A stretch of DNA of 64,000 bases from a virus. Of the stretch, positions 30,229-38,965 are shown piece by piece. Positions within the stretch are counted from its first letter, which is position 1; the number at the start of each line of letters is the position of its first letter. The notes beneath the pieces are model-generated. The model saw nothing but the letters and a program-made list of their open reading frames with translations. It made no database searches and had not been told where the DNA came from. The stretch lies in IMG/VR virus record IMGVR_UViG_3300046832_000578. One strand, given 5' to 3'. The translations under genes and the position numbers were made by a program.

Positions 30229-31308
30229 ATGATAACTCAACCAATTGTCTTTCATAAGACAGATGTATTTCTTTCAGATATATTAATCCCAAAAGATTTG
30301 GTGGTCTATCTTAAGACCACCGAAACTTGTCAACTTAATTGCCAACACTGTTTTACAAATGGTGTCAACGGTAAAAAGATATATTTTAATCCCCAAAGCA
30401 CAGTAGAGTGGTTCGAACGACTCCACGAGGAATGCCCATCTTTTAATGGTGGGAATATTACATTTCATGGAGGAGAACCATTCCTTGCTCCGCTAGATGA
30501 CATGTACTATGTATGGGATAAGGTATCAAAACTATTTCCTAATCTTAACTGGTCTTGTTCTACTAATCTCTGTTTTAATCTAACTGAAGACCACATGAAG
30601 TTTTTCAAAACTGTTCTAAAGAATGGATTCTGCACTTCATGGGATAAAGGTATTCGATTTGAAAATGATAAACAAGAAAACCTCTGGCGAAAGAATCTGC
30701 AAACTGTGGTAGATGCTGGGCATAATATCACTCTTAATATTAGTCTTAATAAACAACTAATGGAGATGGATACTACTGAGTTAGTTCTATGGCTCAATAC
30801 TCTAGGTGTTAATTGGGTGCAGTTTGAACGATTAACTCACGATGGTTCGGCTTTGGTAAACACTCATATATTTCCTGCAAATAAAGATCAAGACGACTGG
30901 TTTGTTAGAATGCACGAAACCTATCAGACAATAAAACCTAAATATAAAGATGTCCTACTGGAAGGTGTCTATTCCTCTATAACTAAAGGAATACATGGTG
31001 GAGTTCGTTGTAGAGATTGTGAACAGAAAATCTTCACAATTAATGCCGATGGAACTGTGGCAGGATGTCCAAATGCTGCAGTGGGTAATGGTTTTGGAGA
31101 TATATTTCAACCCATTAGAAGTCTACTCTCTGCCAGAGGAAGAATAAATAACATTACATGCGAGATAGAAAGAGATCCTCGTTGCTATACCTGTGATGTA
31201 TTTGATATCTGTAATAGCGACTGTCACCAATTGAAGTGGCAGGAAGATGTCTGTGCAGCACCGAAAACACTAATGCAAAGGTTAAAGAATGACAACAGCT
31301 GGCGATAA
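30229..31308 (+). CDS. Radical SAM/SPASM-domain enzyme
   Basis: CQLNCQHC (CxxxCxxC), FHGGEP; C-terminal C..C...GCP...C..C.....C...C cysteine set. Confidence 0.92.
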   Translation: MITQPIVFHKTDVFLSDILIPKDLVVYLKTTETCQLNCQHCFTNGVNGKKIYFNPQSTVEWFERLHEECPSFNGGNITFHGGEPFLAPLDDMYYVWDKVSKLFPNLNWSCSTNLCFNLTEDHMKFFKTVLKNGFCTSWDKGIRFENDKQENLWRKNLQTVVDAGHNITLNISLNKQLMEMDTTELVLWLNTLGVNWVQFERLTHDGSALVNTHIFPANKDQDDWFVRMHETYQTIKPKYKDVLLEGVYSSITKGIHGGVRCRDCEQKIFTINADGTVAGCPNAAVGNGFGDIFQPIRSLLSARGRINNITCEIERDPRCYTCDVFDICNSDCHQLKWQEDVCAAPKTLMQRLKNDNSWR

Positions 31309-31819
31309 TATAACAAAAGCAAATATTGTTGCTTCAATGGAATCTATTAGAAATACCTATAATGCAGGTATTGTGTGGCACAGTGGCAACCAACCATTTC
31401 AAACAGATATTACTGGTGGTAATGATAGTGGCTATGCAACAGGTTCTTTTAGTTCTGATATTTCTGACGCTAATGTTACTGCTTCTACAATAGTGGCTAA
31501 CTTCAGAGGATATGCTAATTTACTATCCAGAATTAGAAGTGTTCAATTAAAGAAATGGTATCAGATACAAGGTGATGTTAGAGCACAGTTAAACAGTGAT
31601 CAAACTAACATAACTAATTTAAAAGCTGATTATGCTGCTGATATGAGCACAACTGGATCAAGTGTTCCTTCTTCTTCAACTAATGTAGATGCTTCTGATT
31701 TAGATGATTTTGTAAATTCTTTATCTACAGCTATTAATAATCACAGAACAAATACTGTTCTTATTGAAGAATTTTACTGCCATAGCAATTGCCATGGATC
31801 TTGTCACGGAAGTTTATAA
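31289..31819 (+). CDS. Hypothetical protein with C-terminal CHxx triple repeat (candidate radical SAM substrate)
   Basis: Ends CHSNCHGSCHGSL; overlaps the upstream rSAM gene. Confidence 0.75.
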   Translation: MTTAGDNITKANIVASMESIRNTYNAGIVWHSGNQPFQTDITGGNDSGYATGSFSSDISDANVTASTIVANFRGYANLLSRIRSVQLKKWYQIQGDVRAQLNSDQTNITNLKADYAADMSTTGSSVPSSSTNVDASDLDDFVNSLSTAINNHRTNTVLIEEFYCHSNCHGSCHGSL

Positions 31820-32577
31820 TGTATAGTGTTCCATTTGATTCTGTTACCTTAAAAAGTATTATCACAGGAGAATTAGATTCTCCTAAAATTGATTATGCAA
31901 ATTCAACTATTAAAGGTAAAAATTTTATTACCTATTTTAGCAATTTAAAATATAGAACAGTTGATATTGATTTCACAGATGTTTCTATTGACGAGAAGGA
32001 AACTCTATTACTCGAATATATTAAACACAATTCCACTGCAAATATTGAGCAATTATTGGCCAGTGTTATTAAAAGTCTATTCTATCAAAAAGGATATAAT
32101 TTATCTTTAGTTGATAATTCGAAATTAGACATTGAATTTTTACAAAAAAGTATTTTAACCAATTCTGAGATAGAGCACTTTGTTAAAGAAAACGAAGAAT
32201 TGATTAAAGCACTTTGTGACATCTTAGATGGAACTTTACTATATGCAATTAAAAATTTAAATGCTTATAAAGAAGAACTTGGAGATTTTATAACAAATAA
32301 CATAGTAGAAGAAAAACAAGAAATAGGAAAAACATTTGTTAATCTATTTCAAAACGAAACTTTTAATTCTCACTATTATGCATCAATTCCAAAATTTGAT
32401 AAAATTAAATATTTTGATTTTTACTTTGATAGACCAATCTATTCAGGTAAGACACTTATGACTTATATAACAGGTGGTTGTATTATTTTCCCTCTGTTAA
32501 AGATGATATTAGATAATTCATTTACTCCACAACAATTACAAAATATTTACGAAGAGACAAATGTTACATCTCTATAA
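31819..32577 (+). CDS. Hypothetical protein in rSAM cassette
   Basis: TAATG coupling gives the likely start MYSVPF; long ORF. Confidence 0.75.
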   Translation: MYSVPFDSVTLKSIITGELDSPKIDYANSTIKGKNFITYFSNLKYRTVDIDFTDVSIDEKETLLLEYIKHNSTANIEQLLASVIKSLFYQKGYNLSLVDNSKLDIEFLQKSILTNSEIEHFVKENEELIKALCDILDGTLLYAIKNLNAYKEELGDFITNNIVEEKQEIGKTFVNLFQNETFNSHYYASIPKFDKIKYFDFYFDRPIYSGKTLMTYITGGCIIFPLLKMILDNSFTPQQLQNIYEETNVTSL

Positions 32578-33445
32578 TTCTTGTTATGCATATCCATATG
32601 CAATGTTCGATCCATCTTCTGCAGATTATATTGTAGTTGGCGACAAACACGCAATTTTAGGTGCGGGAGTTGAGAATAGTTTTTATTATAATAATGTGTT
32701 CATACATCAGTGTTATGCTCGTTTTAAAACATACGAAGATTTTATTAATAGTAATCTACTATTACCTGCATTTAGCAACAAACAAAAATTTATCATCTAT
32801 TGTGACAACGAAACTCTAATAAAATTATTTACTGCTAAACTTAAATCACATATTCAGTTTTTTGATAATAGTTTGTATTTTGATCTTGCTAAACTATTTG
32901 GTGTTCGTTTAAAAATTAAATCAAAACTAATTGATTCTTCCAATAAAGAAATCATTAACGATCTTGGTGATACTTTTATAGAACTAAATTCAATACCAAA
33001 TGTTAGTAAATTTCCGATAGATCCTTATTGGGTTTGGGAGAATGCTGGAATTGAATGGAAAGTTGCAAATAGAAATTGTGGTGTTCCAAACAGTCACATT
33101 AACATATTAAACGATCTTGTGAATCGTTATGTTTATTCGTTTTTTGATGAAGCACAAGAAAGTTATCTTTCAAGAAAAACTGGTGGCTGGGCAGTAGATG
33201 TAAATAATCAGCGATTTAGTACAGTAGCTTCCATGAAAGAATTATACATGGAAATGCGAAAAGAAATAGCGTTGTTTACAGATCCATTAATTTTACAATT
33301 TTTTGAAACTGGGGTCACCGAAGAATTGTTAAATGATCCAAAATTTTTATTACTGGTATCCAATGATAAAGTAGATACTTGGTTGATTAGATGGTTAATG
33401 AGATTACCACAATCAAAAATCACACAGTTAGGTTTAATAGCATGA
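32561..33445 (+). CDS. Hypothetical protein in rSAM cassette (IYCD motif)
   Basis: Long ORF overlapping both neighbours. Confidence 0.75.
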   Translation: MLHLYNSCYAYPYAMFDPSSADYIVVGDKHAILGAGVENSFYYNNVFIHQCYARFKTYEDFINSNLLLPAFSNKQKFIIYCDNETLIKLFTAKLKSHIQFFDNSLYFDLAKLFGVRLKIKSKLIDSSNKEIINDLGDTFIELNSIPNVSKFPIDPYWVWENAGIEWKVANRNCGVPNSHINILNDLVNRYVYSFFDEAQESYLSRKTGGWAVDVNNQRFSTVASMKELYMEMRKEIALFTDPLILQFFETGVTEELLNDPKFLLLVSNDKVDTWLIRWLMRLPQSKITQLGLIA

Positions 33446-34413
33446 TATATCTTTTCGATAATTGTTATCTATCAACTACAAATAGTATTGTTGAAAAATC
33501 TAAACAGATTTGGATAGGGTCTCATGCAAAATTAGATCGAGATCCAATGCTCAATCTTACATATGATATTTTACATTCATATAAAGAGGTCAACGATGAT
33601 GAGTTAGAAGAATTATTTAATGAAATTCATGAAGATTATTCGAATATTAAAACTGTAATTTATTGTGATGTTGAGAACTTTATGTATGTATACTCATACT
33701 TCTTTAATGGTGTATTAGAAGAATCTGCTGTTAAAGAATTATACTCATTCGATAGACTTAAAGAAAATTATAGAATTGGTGTATTCGCAACTAGAGATGT
33801 AGAGTTTGTAGATCTACCAAAGACTTTAAAGGGAACAGATACTGCATCTATCTTTTCTTCTTTATTGACTACAACAAGAATAGAAATTGCATTTGCAAAC
33901 GCTATGAGAGGTAATGAAGATGCCTTACAATTCTGCGTGGATCGTGCCACTGAAATGTATGATGGATCTCCTGGATTTTGGTCTAAAGATGCTGAACAAA
34001 ATTTACCAGCATTACTTTCAGATGAAGAATTTACAATTGCAAATTTAACTAATAATGAGTTTATTGATTCTTTTGTGGAACAGTTTGAGATCGATGAAGT
34101 ATTTCCAAATAAAATTGTAGATAAAATTAAAGAACATTTTGATTTTGATTATCTAGAACATTACTTTACTGTAATGAATAATACCACAGAATGGAAACCA
34201 ATGTGGGATCAAGATGCAAATATTTCTAAACAAAAATTTGTTGAGACTTACCTTTTAAATAAAGAGTTTGCGTCTGGCAATCAATTATTATTTCCTAACT
34301 ATTCTAATTTTGATTCAATTAATCCAATTTTCTGGAACACCATTCTCCATAAAAATACAGCATGGCTTGACAAGTATAAAGTGAAAAATGGAACTTATAA
34401 TCAAACCAACTGA
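33442..34413 (+). CDS. Hypothetical protein in rSAM cassette (IYCD motif; probable paralogue of the preceding gene)
   Basis: ATGA coupling gives the start MIYLFDNCY. Confidence 0.75.
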   Translation: MIYLFDNCYLSTTNSIVEKSKQIWIGSHAKLDRDPMLNLTYDILHSYKEVNDDELEELFNEIHEDYSNIKTVIYCDVENFMYVYSYFFNGVLEESAVKELYSFDRLKENYRIGVFATRDVEFVDLPKTLKGTDTASIFSSLLTTTRIEIAFANAMRGNEDALQFCVDRATEMYDGSPGFWSKDAEQNLPALLSDEEFTIANLTNNEFIDSFVEQFEIDEVFPNKIVDKIKEHFDFDYLEHYFTVMNNTTEWKPMWDQDANISKQKFVETYLLNKEFASGNQLLFPNYSNFDSINPIFWNTILHKNTAWLDKYKVKNGTYNQTN

Positions 34414-35434
34414 GTTATGTAATTTTAAGTGCACCTTTTGTTCATCAACCAAAATCGTAGAAGACAAAGCAAGCACTCTTGATCATCAGCACATTTTTGA
34501 TTTTTTAAAAAGATTTCCAAACACAAATAGTATTATTGTCAATGGCGGAGATCCGCTAATGATGAAACCAGAATACTACTTCACTATACTTGACTATATT
34601 GAAGAACACAATCTCCCAACAAACATAAGTTTCACCACAAATCTCTGGGCATTCTATAAGAAACCAGAGATGTGGACACCTTTATTCAAACACCCAAGAG
34701 TTGCAGTTACAACAAGTTTTCAATATGGATTTGGTCGTGTAATATCAGGAACCAGAGTCTATACTGAAAAAGACTTTTGGAATGTTAGCGATTTGTTCCT
34801 AAAAGAAGTTGGTTATCGTCCAGGATTTATTGCAGTTATCTCTGAAGAAAATGAGAAACATGCAATTCGTCATGTGGAGTTAGCCAAGAAAATGGATGTC
34901 CAATGTAAGTTAAACTATGCCATGGCATCTGGAGAACAATCATCACCATATCGCCTAAGTAAAATATACGAAATGTATATTGAAGTTTACGAACGAGGAC
35001 TTCATCCGTGGGAGTTTAATACTAAACAGATGATGACTCGTCTGAATAATATCGCTAATGTGTGTCCTCAAGCAAGAAATTGTGATGACCATATTAGAGC
35101 AATGAATCCAGAGGGTGATTATTACTCTTGTGGAGCGATGGGTGACGATAAAGAATATCCAATTAACTTTGTAAAGGAAGTTAAAGAAGGTGGTTTTATA
35201 ACTCCACTGCAAAACGCACCAGAGTTGTTTTCATTGAAAGATGAATGTGTTACTTGTCCGATGTTTAGTATTTGCAACGGATGTAAGAAAACGATTAAAG
35301 ATTTGAAACAGCATGGAATGGTTGAAGAGCATTGTTCTCATATGAAACAGTTGGCTCCAAGAATTATACAAATTAACAGTGAAACAGATTATGTCGAAGC
35401 AACTCAAAGAATCCATAAGAATCTCGTTTCTTAA
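34388..35434 (+). CDS. Radical SAM/SPASM-domain enzyme
   Basis: IIKPTELCNFKCTFC, GGDPL; CP....C...YSCG...C..C.MF.ICNGC...C. Confidence 0.92.
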   Translation: MELIIKPTELCNFKCTFCSSTKIVEDKASTLDHQHIFDFLKRFPNTNSIIVNGGDPLMMKPEYYFTILDYIEEHNLPTNISFTTNLWAFYKKPEMWTPLFKHPRVAVTTSFQYGFGRVISGTRVYTEKDFWNVSDLFLKEVGYRPGFIAVISEENEKHAIRHVELAKKMDVQCKLNYAMASGEQSSPYRLSKIYEMYIEVYERGLHPWEFNTKQMMTRLNNIANVCPQARNCDDHIRAMNPEGDYYSCGAMGDDKEYPINFVKEVKEGGFITPLQNAPELFSLKDECVTCPMFSICNGCKKTIKDLKQHGMVEEHCSHMKQLAPRIIQINSETDYVEATQRIHKNLVS

Positions 35435-37268
35435 TATTGATTTAAGAGTTCCTATTGTAAGGTTGCCGATTAACTGGCTTAACTTTAAGAACTATTATAT
35501 TAAACACGGTAAGTATGCGTCACATGTAAAATGGGAAGAACCAATTCTAAATTTAGAAGATTGGTCATTTGAAGATATCGTTGACTACTACGATAAACAA
35601 GATTCTGACATTTATGCATTTTCTAGTTATCTTTGGAGTCACATGGCTATTATGGCTGTGGCAAAGGAACTAAAGGAAAGAAACCCAAAAAGAATTATTG
35701 TGCTTGGTGGTCCACATCTTAATATTACGCATAATAAAATTGATTGGTTCTTTAAGAATAAATTTATAGATGCTATTTGTGAACCCACCAGTTATGGTGA
35801 ATGGTTTATTAATGACATTCTTGATCAATTTGTTGAAGGTGATATAGACTGGAAAGAAGTTTCATTTTCAATCTATAAAACTGGTCGTGGTAAAAGCCCA
35901 AATAAAATTGACTTTGAGTTTCCTGGAAGTTTAATTGCAGGTAATGAAGACATTTTATTTAAATGTAAAAATATTGCACTGGAGCGAGGTGTTCCATTAG
36001 TTCTACCCATTGAGTTAACTCGTGGATGTCCCTACGAATGTGTGTTCTGCGAATGGGGTGGTGGAATTGGTGGTAAGGTTATCCGTAAATCTATGAACTT
36101 TATTAAAGAAGATCTAGATTGGATACCTCAGGTTGGTATTGATCAAATTCAAATTCTTGATGCCAACTATGGTATTTACAAAGAAGATGAAGATGTCTCA
36201 AAATATATTGAAGAAATAAAATCGTTTTCTGGTCTTCCAACTCATGTTGAGATTTATGGTATGACCAAGTCTAAACAAGAACGAAGATGGGCAACAATTG
36301 AACCACTGGCAAGAGCAGGTGTGGTTGAACGATATAAATTAAGTTTACAAACTCTTAACAACGAGGTTCTTCGTAACATTAAACGAACTGATATTCCTCG
36401 TGAAAAAGACTTTGAGTTTGCCAAGTATCTATTCGATGAATATGGTATTCGAGCAGACTTTGAATTTATGATGGGTCTTCCAGGTTATACTCAAAACGAC
36501 TTTTATGACGAAGTTGATATTCAGTATGAGTATGGTTATGGGTTGGAACGATACCTTTGGTTATTTCTACCAGACTCTCCTGCATACGATCCTGAATATA
36601 TTAAAAAGTTTAATATTAAAACTGAAAAGATTTGCATTGGTAAATCTAAAATGAATAGTTATTCTTACGATGACATTAATATCTTTAAAGATTACCATAT
36701 ATCATCTGATCCTAAATTTTTATCTGATGTAGAGTTTGTGGTCGAAGCAGATGGTTACACAAGAAAAGACTTTACGGAGTTTTTCTTTATGAATCATTGG
36801 ATACTTGAAAATGTTTCCATGATTGACTTTACAGATACGATAGTTAAGCACAATATTGCAATCGGTAGGCTAGAAAAACCTTCTTTAATTTTTAGGAAAA
36901 TTTATGAAGGTATTACCTCTCCCAGTGAAAATAAATATGTATTGGCAATGCAAGATCTTAATAGTCAGATGTATGATTTAATGATGGGTAACAGGAAAGA
37001 GATCGTAGATTATAAACAATTTAATTTACCGTTTACTGATGTATCTGTTGATTTTTCTTACATTTACAAAGTGTGTGTTTTAGTATTTGAAGAGGATTAT
37101 ATTAAATTTTTAATAGGTATTGGTAAAGAACTTAATCTTGAGATCCCAGAAAATATAGTGGAGCAGTTTAAAGAAAAATTGAATAGTTATAAGAATACTT
37201 TTTCACCAAAATATGATAAATTCTATCAGATAAGAACATACTATGAACGAGTTATTAGAGAAGGTTAA
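35379..37268 (+). CDS. Cobalamin-binding radical SAM enzyme (class B methyltransferase-like)
   Basis: N-terminal FSSY.W...LGGPH B12-binding-like domain; E..RGCPYECVFC.W; DAN.G; .GLPG.T; start may be 35391. Confidence 0.85.
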   Translation: MKQIMSKQLKESIRISFLNIDLRVPIVRLPINWLNFKNYYIKHGKYASHVKWEEPILNLEDWSFEDIVDYYDKQDSDIYAFSSYLWSHMAIMAVAKELKERNPKRIIVLGGPHLNITHNKIDWFFKNKFIDAICEPTSYGEWFINDILDQFVEGDIDWKEVSFSIYKTGRGKSPNKIDFEFPGSLIAGNEDILFKCKNIALERGVPLVLPIELTRGCPYECVFCEWGGGIGGKVIRKSMNFIKEDLDWIPQVGIDQIQILDANYGIYKEDEDVSKYIEEIKSFSGLPTHVEIYGMTKSKQERRWATIEPLARAGVVERYKLSLQTLNNEVLRNIKRTDIPREKDFEFAKYLFDEYGIRADFEFMMGLPGYTQNDFYDEVDIQYEYGYGLERYLWLFLPDSPAYDPEYIKKFNIKTEKICIGKSKMNSYSYDDINIFKDYHISSDPKFLSDVEFVVEADGYTRKDFTEFFFMNHWILENVSMIDFTDTIVKHNIAIGRLEKPSLIFRKIYEGITSPSENKYVLAMQDLNSQMYDLMMGNRKEIVDYKQFNLPFTDVSVDFSYIYKVCVLVFEEDYIKFLIGIGKELNLEIPENIVEQFKEKLNSYKNTFSPKYDKFYQIRTYYERVIREG

Positions 37269-37938
37269 AACTATACCACATCTTCCTCTACTATTCTCAT
37301 TTGATGCTAAGCGAATAGAGAATGAGATTAGAGCGATGCCGTTTCCTCTAATGAGTTATAATGCAAATATACAAAAAGGATATAATCATAGCCCAGATGG
37401 TTGGAATAATCTTTCTTTGTATAGCTACGATGGAAGTATGTTTTGTGACACGAATGAAGGCGATGGTGGTAATGCTTTACTAGAAAGATTTGGTAAATTT
37501 CAAAAAACTGGATTGACAGAATATTTACCCTATACCTATGAGGTTTTAGAGGCTCTTGGTGCAGGAAAGTCTTTATGTAGAATTGAGGAAGTTATGCCGA
37601 GCACCATTATAGGTTGGCATAGCCATGTGTTAGAGTTTCATCAACCAGAGAACATATTGATAGTTCAGCTTCCTATTTGTATTCCAGAAGGATTTAAACA
37701 TTCGGTGGTGGATTATCGACAGTATAGAGGATCAGACTTTAATATAAAACCGATTGTTTCATATGACTCTAAATATATCGAAGGTGTTCCTTATATTTTT
37801 AACTCATATCATTATCACAATGTGTTTAATCATGGATCTACTCCAGCCCTTATGATAAGGTTTTTTGTGGATATAGATGATTTAAACCTAATAGAACCTG
37901 CAATAAATTGTTATTCTGGAGACCTAATCGTAGGTTGA
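37243..37938 (+). CDS. Asp/Asn beta-hydroxylase-like Fe(II)/2OG oxygenase
   Basis: W...SL, PYT, R.....P...IGWHSH, QLPI, FNS...H.V.N cupin pattern. Confidence 0.65.
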   Translation: MNELLEKVKTIPHLPLLFSFDAKRIENEIRAMPFPLMSYNANIQKGYNHSPDGWNNLSLYSYDGSMFCDTNEGDGGNALLERFGKFQKTGLTEYLPYTYEVLEALGAGKSLCRIEEVMPSTIIGWHSHVLEFHQPENILIVQLPICIPEGFKHSVVDYRQYRGSDFNIKPIVSYDSKYIEGVPYIFNSYHYHNVFNHGSTPALMIRFFVDIDDLNLIEPAINCYSGDLIVG

Positions 37939-37952
37939 CTAAATAATAAATA
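37938..37952 (+). promoter_or_regulatory. Tandem late promoter cores (ACTAAATA ATAAATA)
   Basis: Upstream of the fibre gene at 37986. Confidence 0.6.
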
Positions 37953-37985
37953 ACAAGTATGCTAAGAAACCATATAGGAATATAA

Positions 37986-38882
37986 ATGGCTGCGATTACA
38001 ACTAGAGAAACAGGAACTACTGGTGTCGGTGGAGTTACCAGAAAAAACCTGCCTTTGACGAATGGTGAGATTGACACTAATTTTATCAATCTAAACACTG
38101 ATAAGTTAGAAGCATCTTACACAGGAAATACTAATCTTGTTACTCTGGGAACAGTTACAACAGGAACTTGGAATGCGACTACAATTGCTACTACTCATGG
38201 TGGTACTGGTTTAACTTCCTTTACTTCTGGTGGTGCGGTTTATGCGACTAGCACCTCTGCTCTTACTACTGGAACATTACCTGTAGCTTCTGGTGGCACT
38301 GGAATCACAACTGCTCCGTCTAGTGGTACTCTTTTAATTGGAACATCTGCTGGTGGGTATTCTTCTGCCACATTGACTGGAACTGCAAATAGAGTCACAG
38401 TAACTAATTCCTCTGGTGGTATTACTTTATCTGCTCCGCAGGATATCGCAACAACTTCAAACCCACAGTTTGGTTCATTGGGTATTGGAACTGCTGCATC
38501 AGGAACTGCTGGTGAGATTCGAGCCACTAATCAGATTACATCATACTACTCTGATGAACGATTAAAAGAAGACATCGTAGAAATTACAGATGCCTTAGAA
38601 AAGGTTATGGCACTTCGTGGTGTAACCTACAAACCAAACTCTATTGCAGAGTCATTGGGTTACAAAAAACAAAATGAAGTTGGTGTAATTGCTCAAGATG
38701 TAGAAAAAGTTCTACCTGAAGCAGTGAAACCAGCACCATTTGATATTATGTTATTTGAAAATACAGAGATATCAAGATCTGGAGAGAACTACAAAACTGT
38801 CCAGTACGAAAAATTAGTTCCATTGCTAATCGAAGCAATCAAAGAACTAAATAAAGAAGTTCAGCAGCTAAAAGGGAAATAA
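37986..38882 (+). CDS. Tail fibre protein with peptidase S74 intramolecular chaperone
   Basis: YYSDERLKEDI..I..AL.KV..LRGV.Y, GVIAQ.V..VLPEAV, Y..V.YEKLVPLLIEAIKEL. Confidence 0.88.
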   Translation: MAAITTRETGTTGVGGVTRKNLPLTNGEIDTNFINLNTDKLEASYTGNTNLVTLGTVTTGTWNATTIATTHGGTGLTSFTSGGAVYATSTSALTTGTLPVASGGTGITTAPSSGTLLIGTSAGGYSSATLTGTANRVTVTNSSGGITLSAPQDIATTSNPQFGSLGIGTAASGTAGEIRATNQITSYYSDERLKEDIVEITDALEKVMALRGVTYKPNSIAESLGYKKQNEVGVIAQDVEKVLPEAVKPAPFDIMLFENTEISRSGENYKTVQYEKLVPLLIEAIKELNKEVQQLKGK

Positions 38883-38965
38883 TTAGCTGCACAACCTAGA
38901 TTGGGGAATCTAGGTTTTCAAATGTTTAGGGGATTAAACATCATGCATAAAAAGGGGAATTCAAT

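Noticed and set aside
30229-37268. rSAM genes as a 7-deazaguanine or other DNA-modification pathway
   Set aside because: No QueC, QueD, FolE or DpdA-like ORFs; the enzymes carry SPASM or B12 domains rather than the short QueE form; the context is late structural.
38460-38941. Possible diversity-generating retroelement (duplicated fibre C-termini plus downstream hairpins)
   Set aside because: No reverse transcriptase in the window; differences between the copies are not adenine-specific; the repeat is a conserved S74 chaperone.
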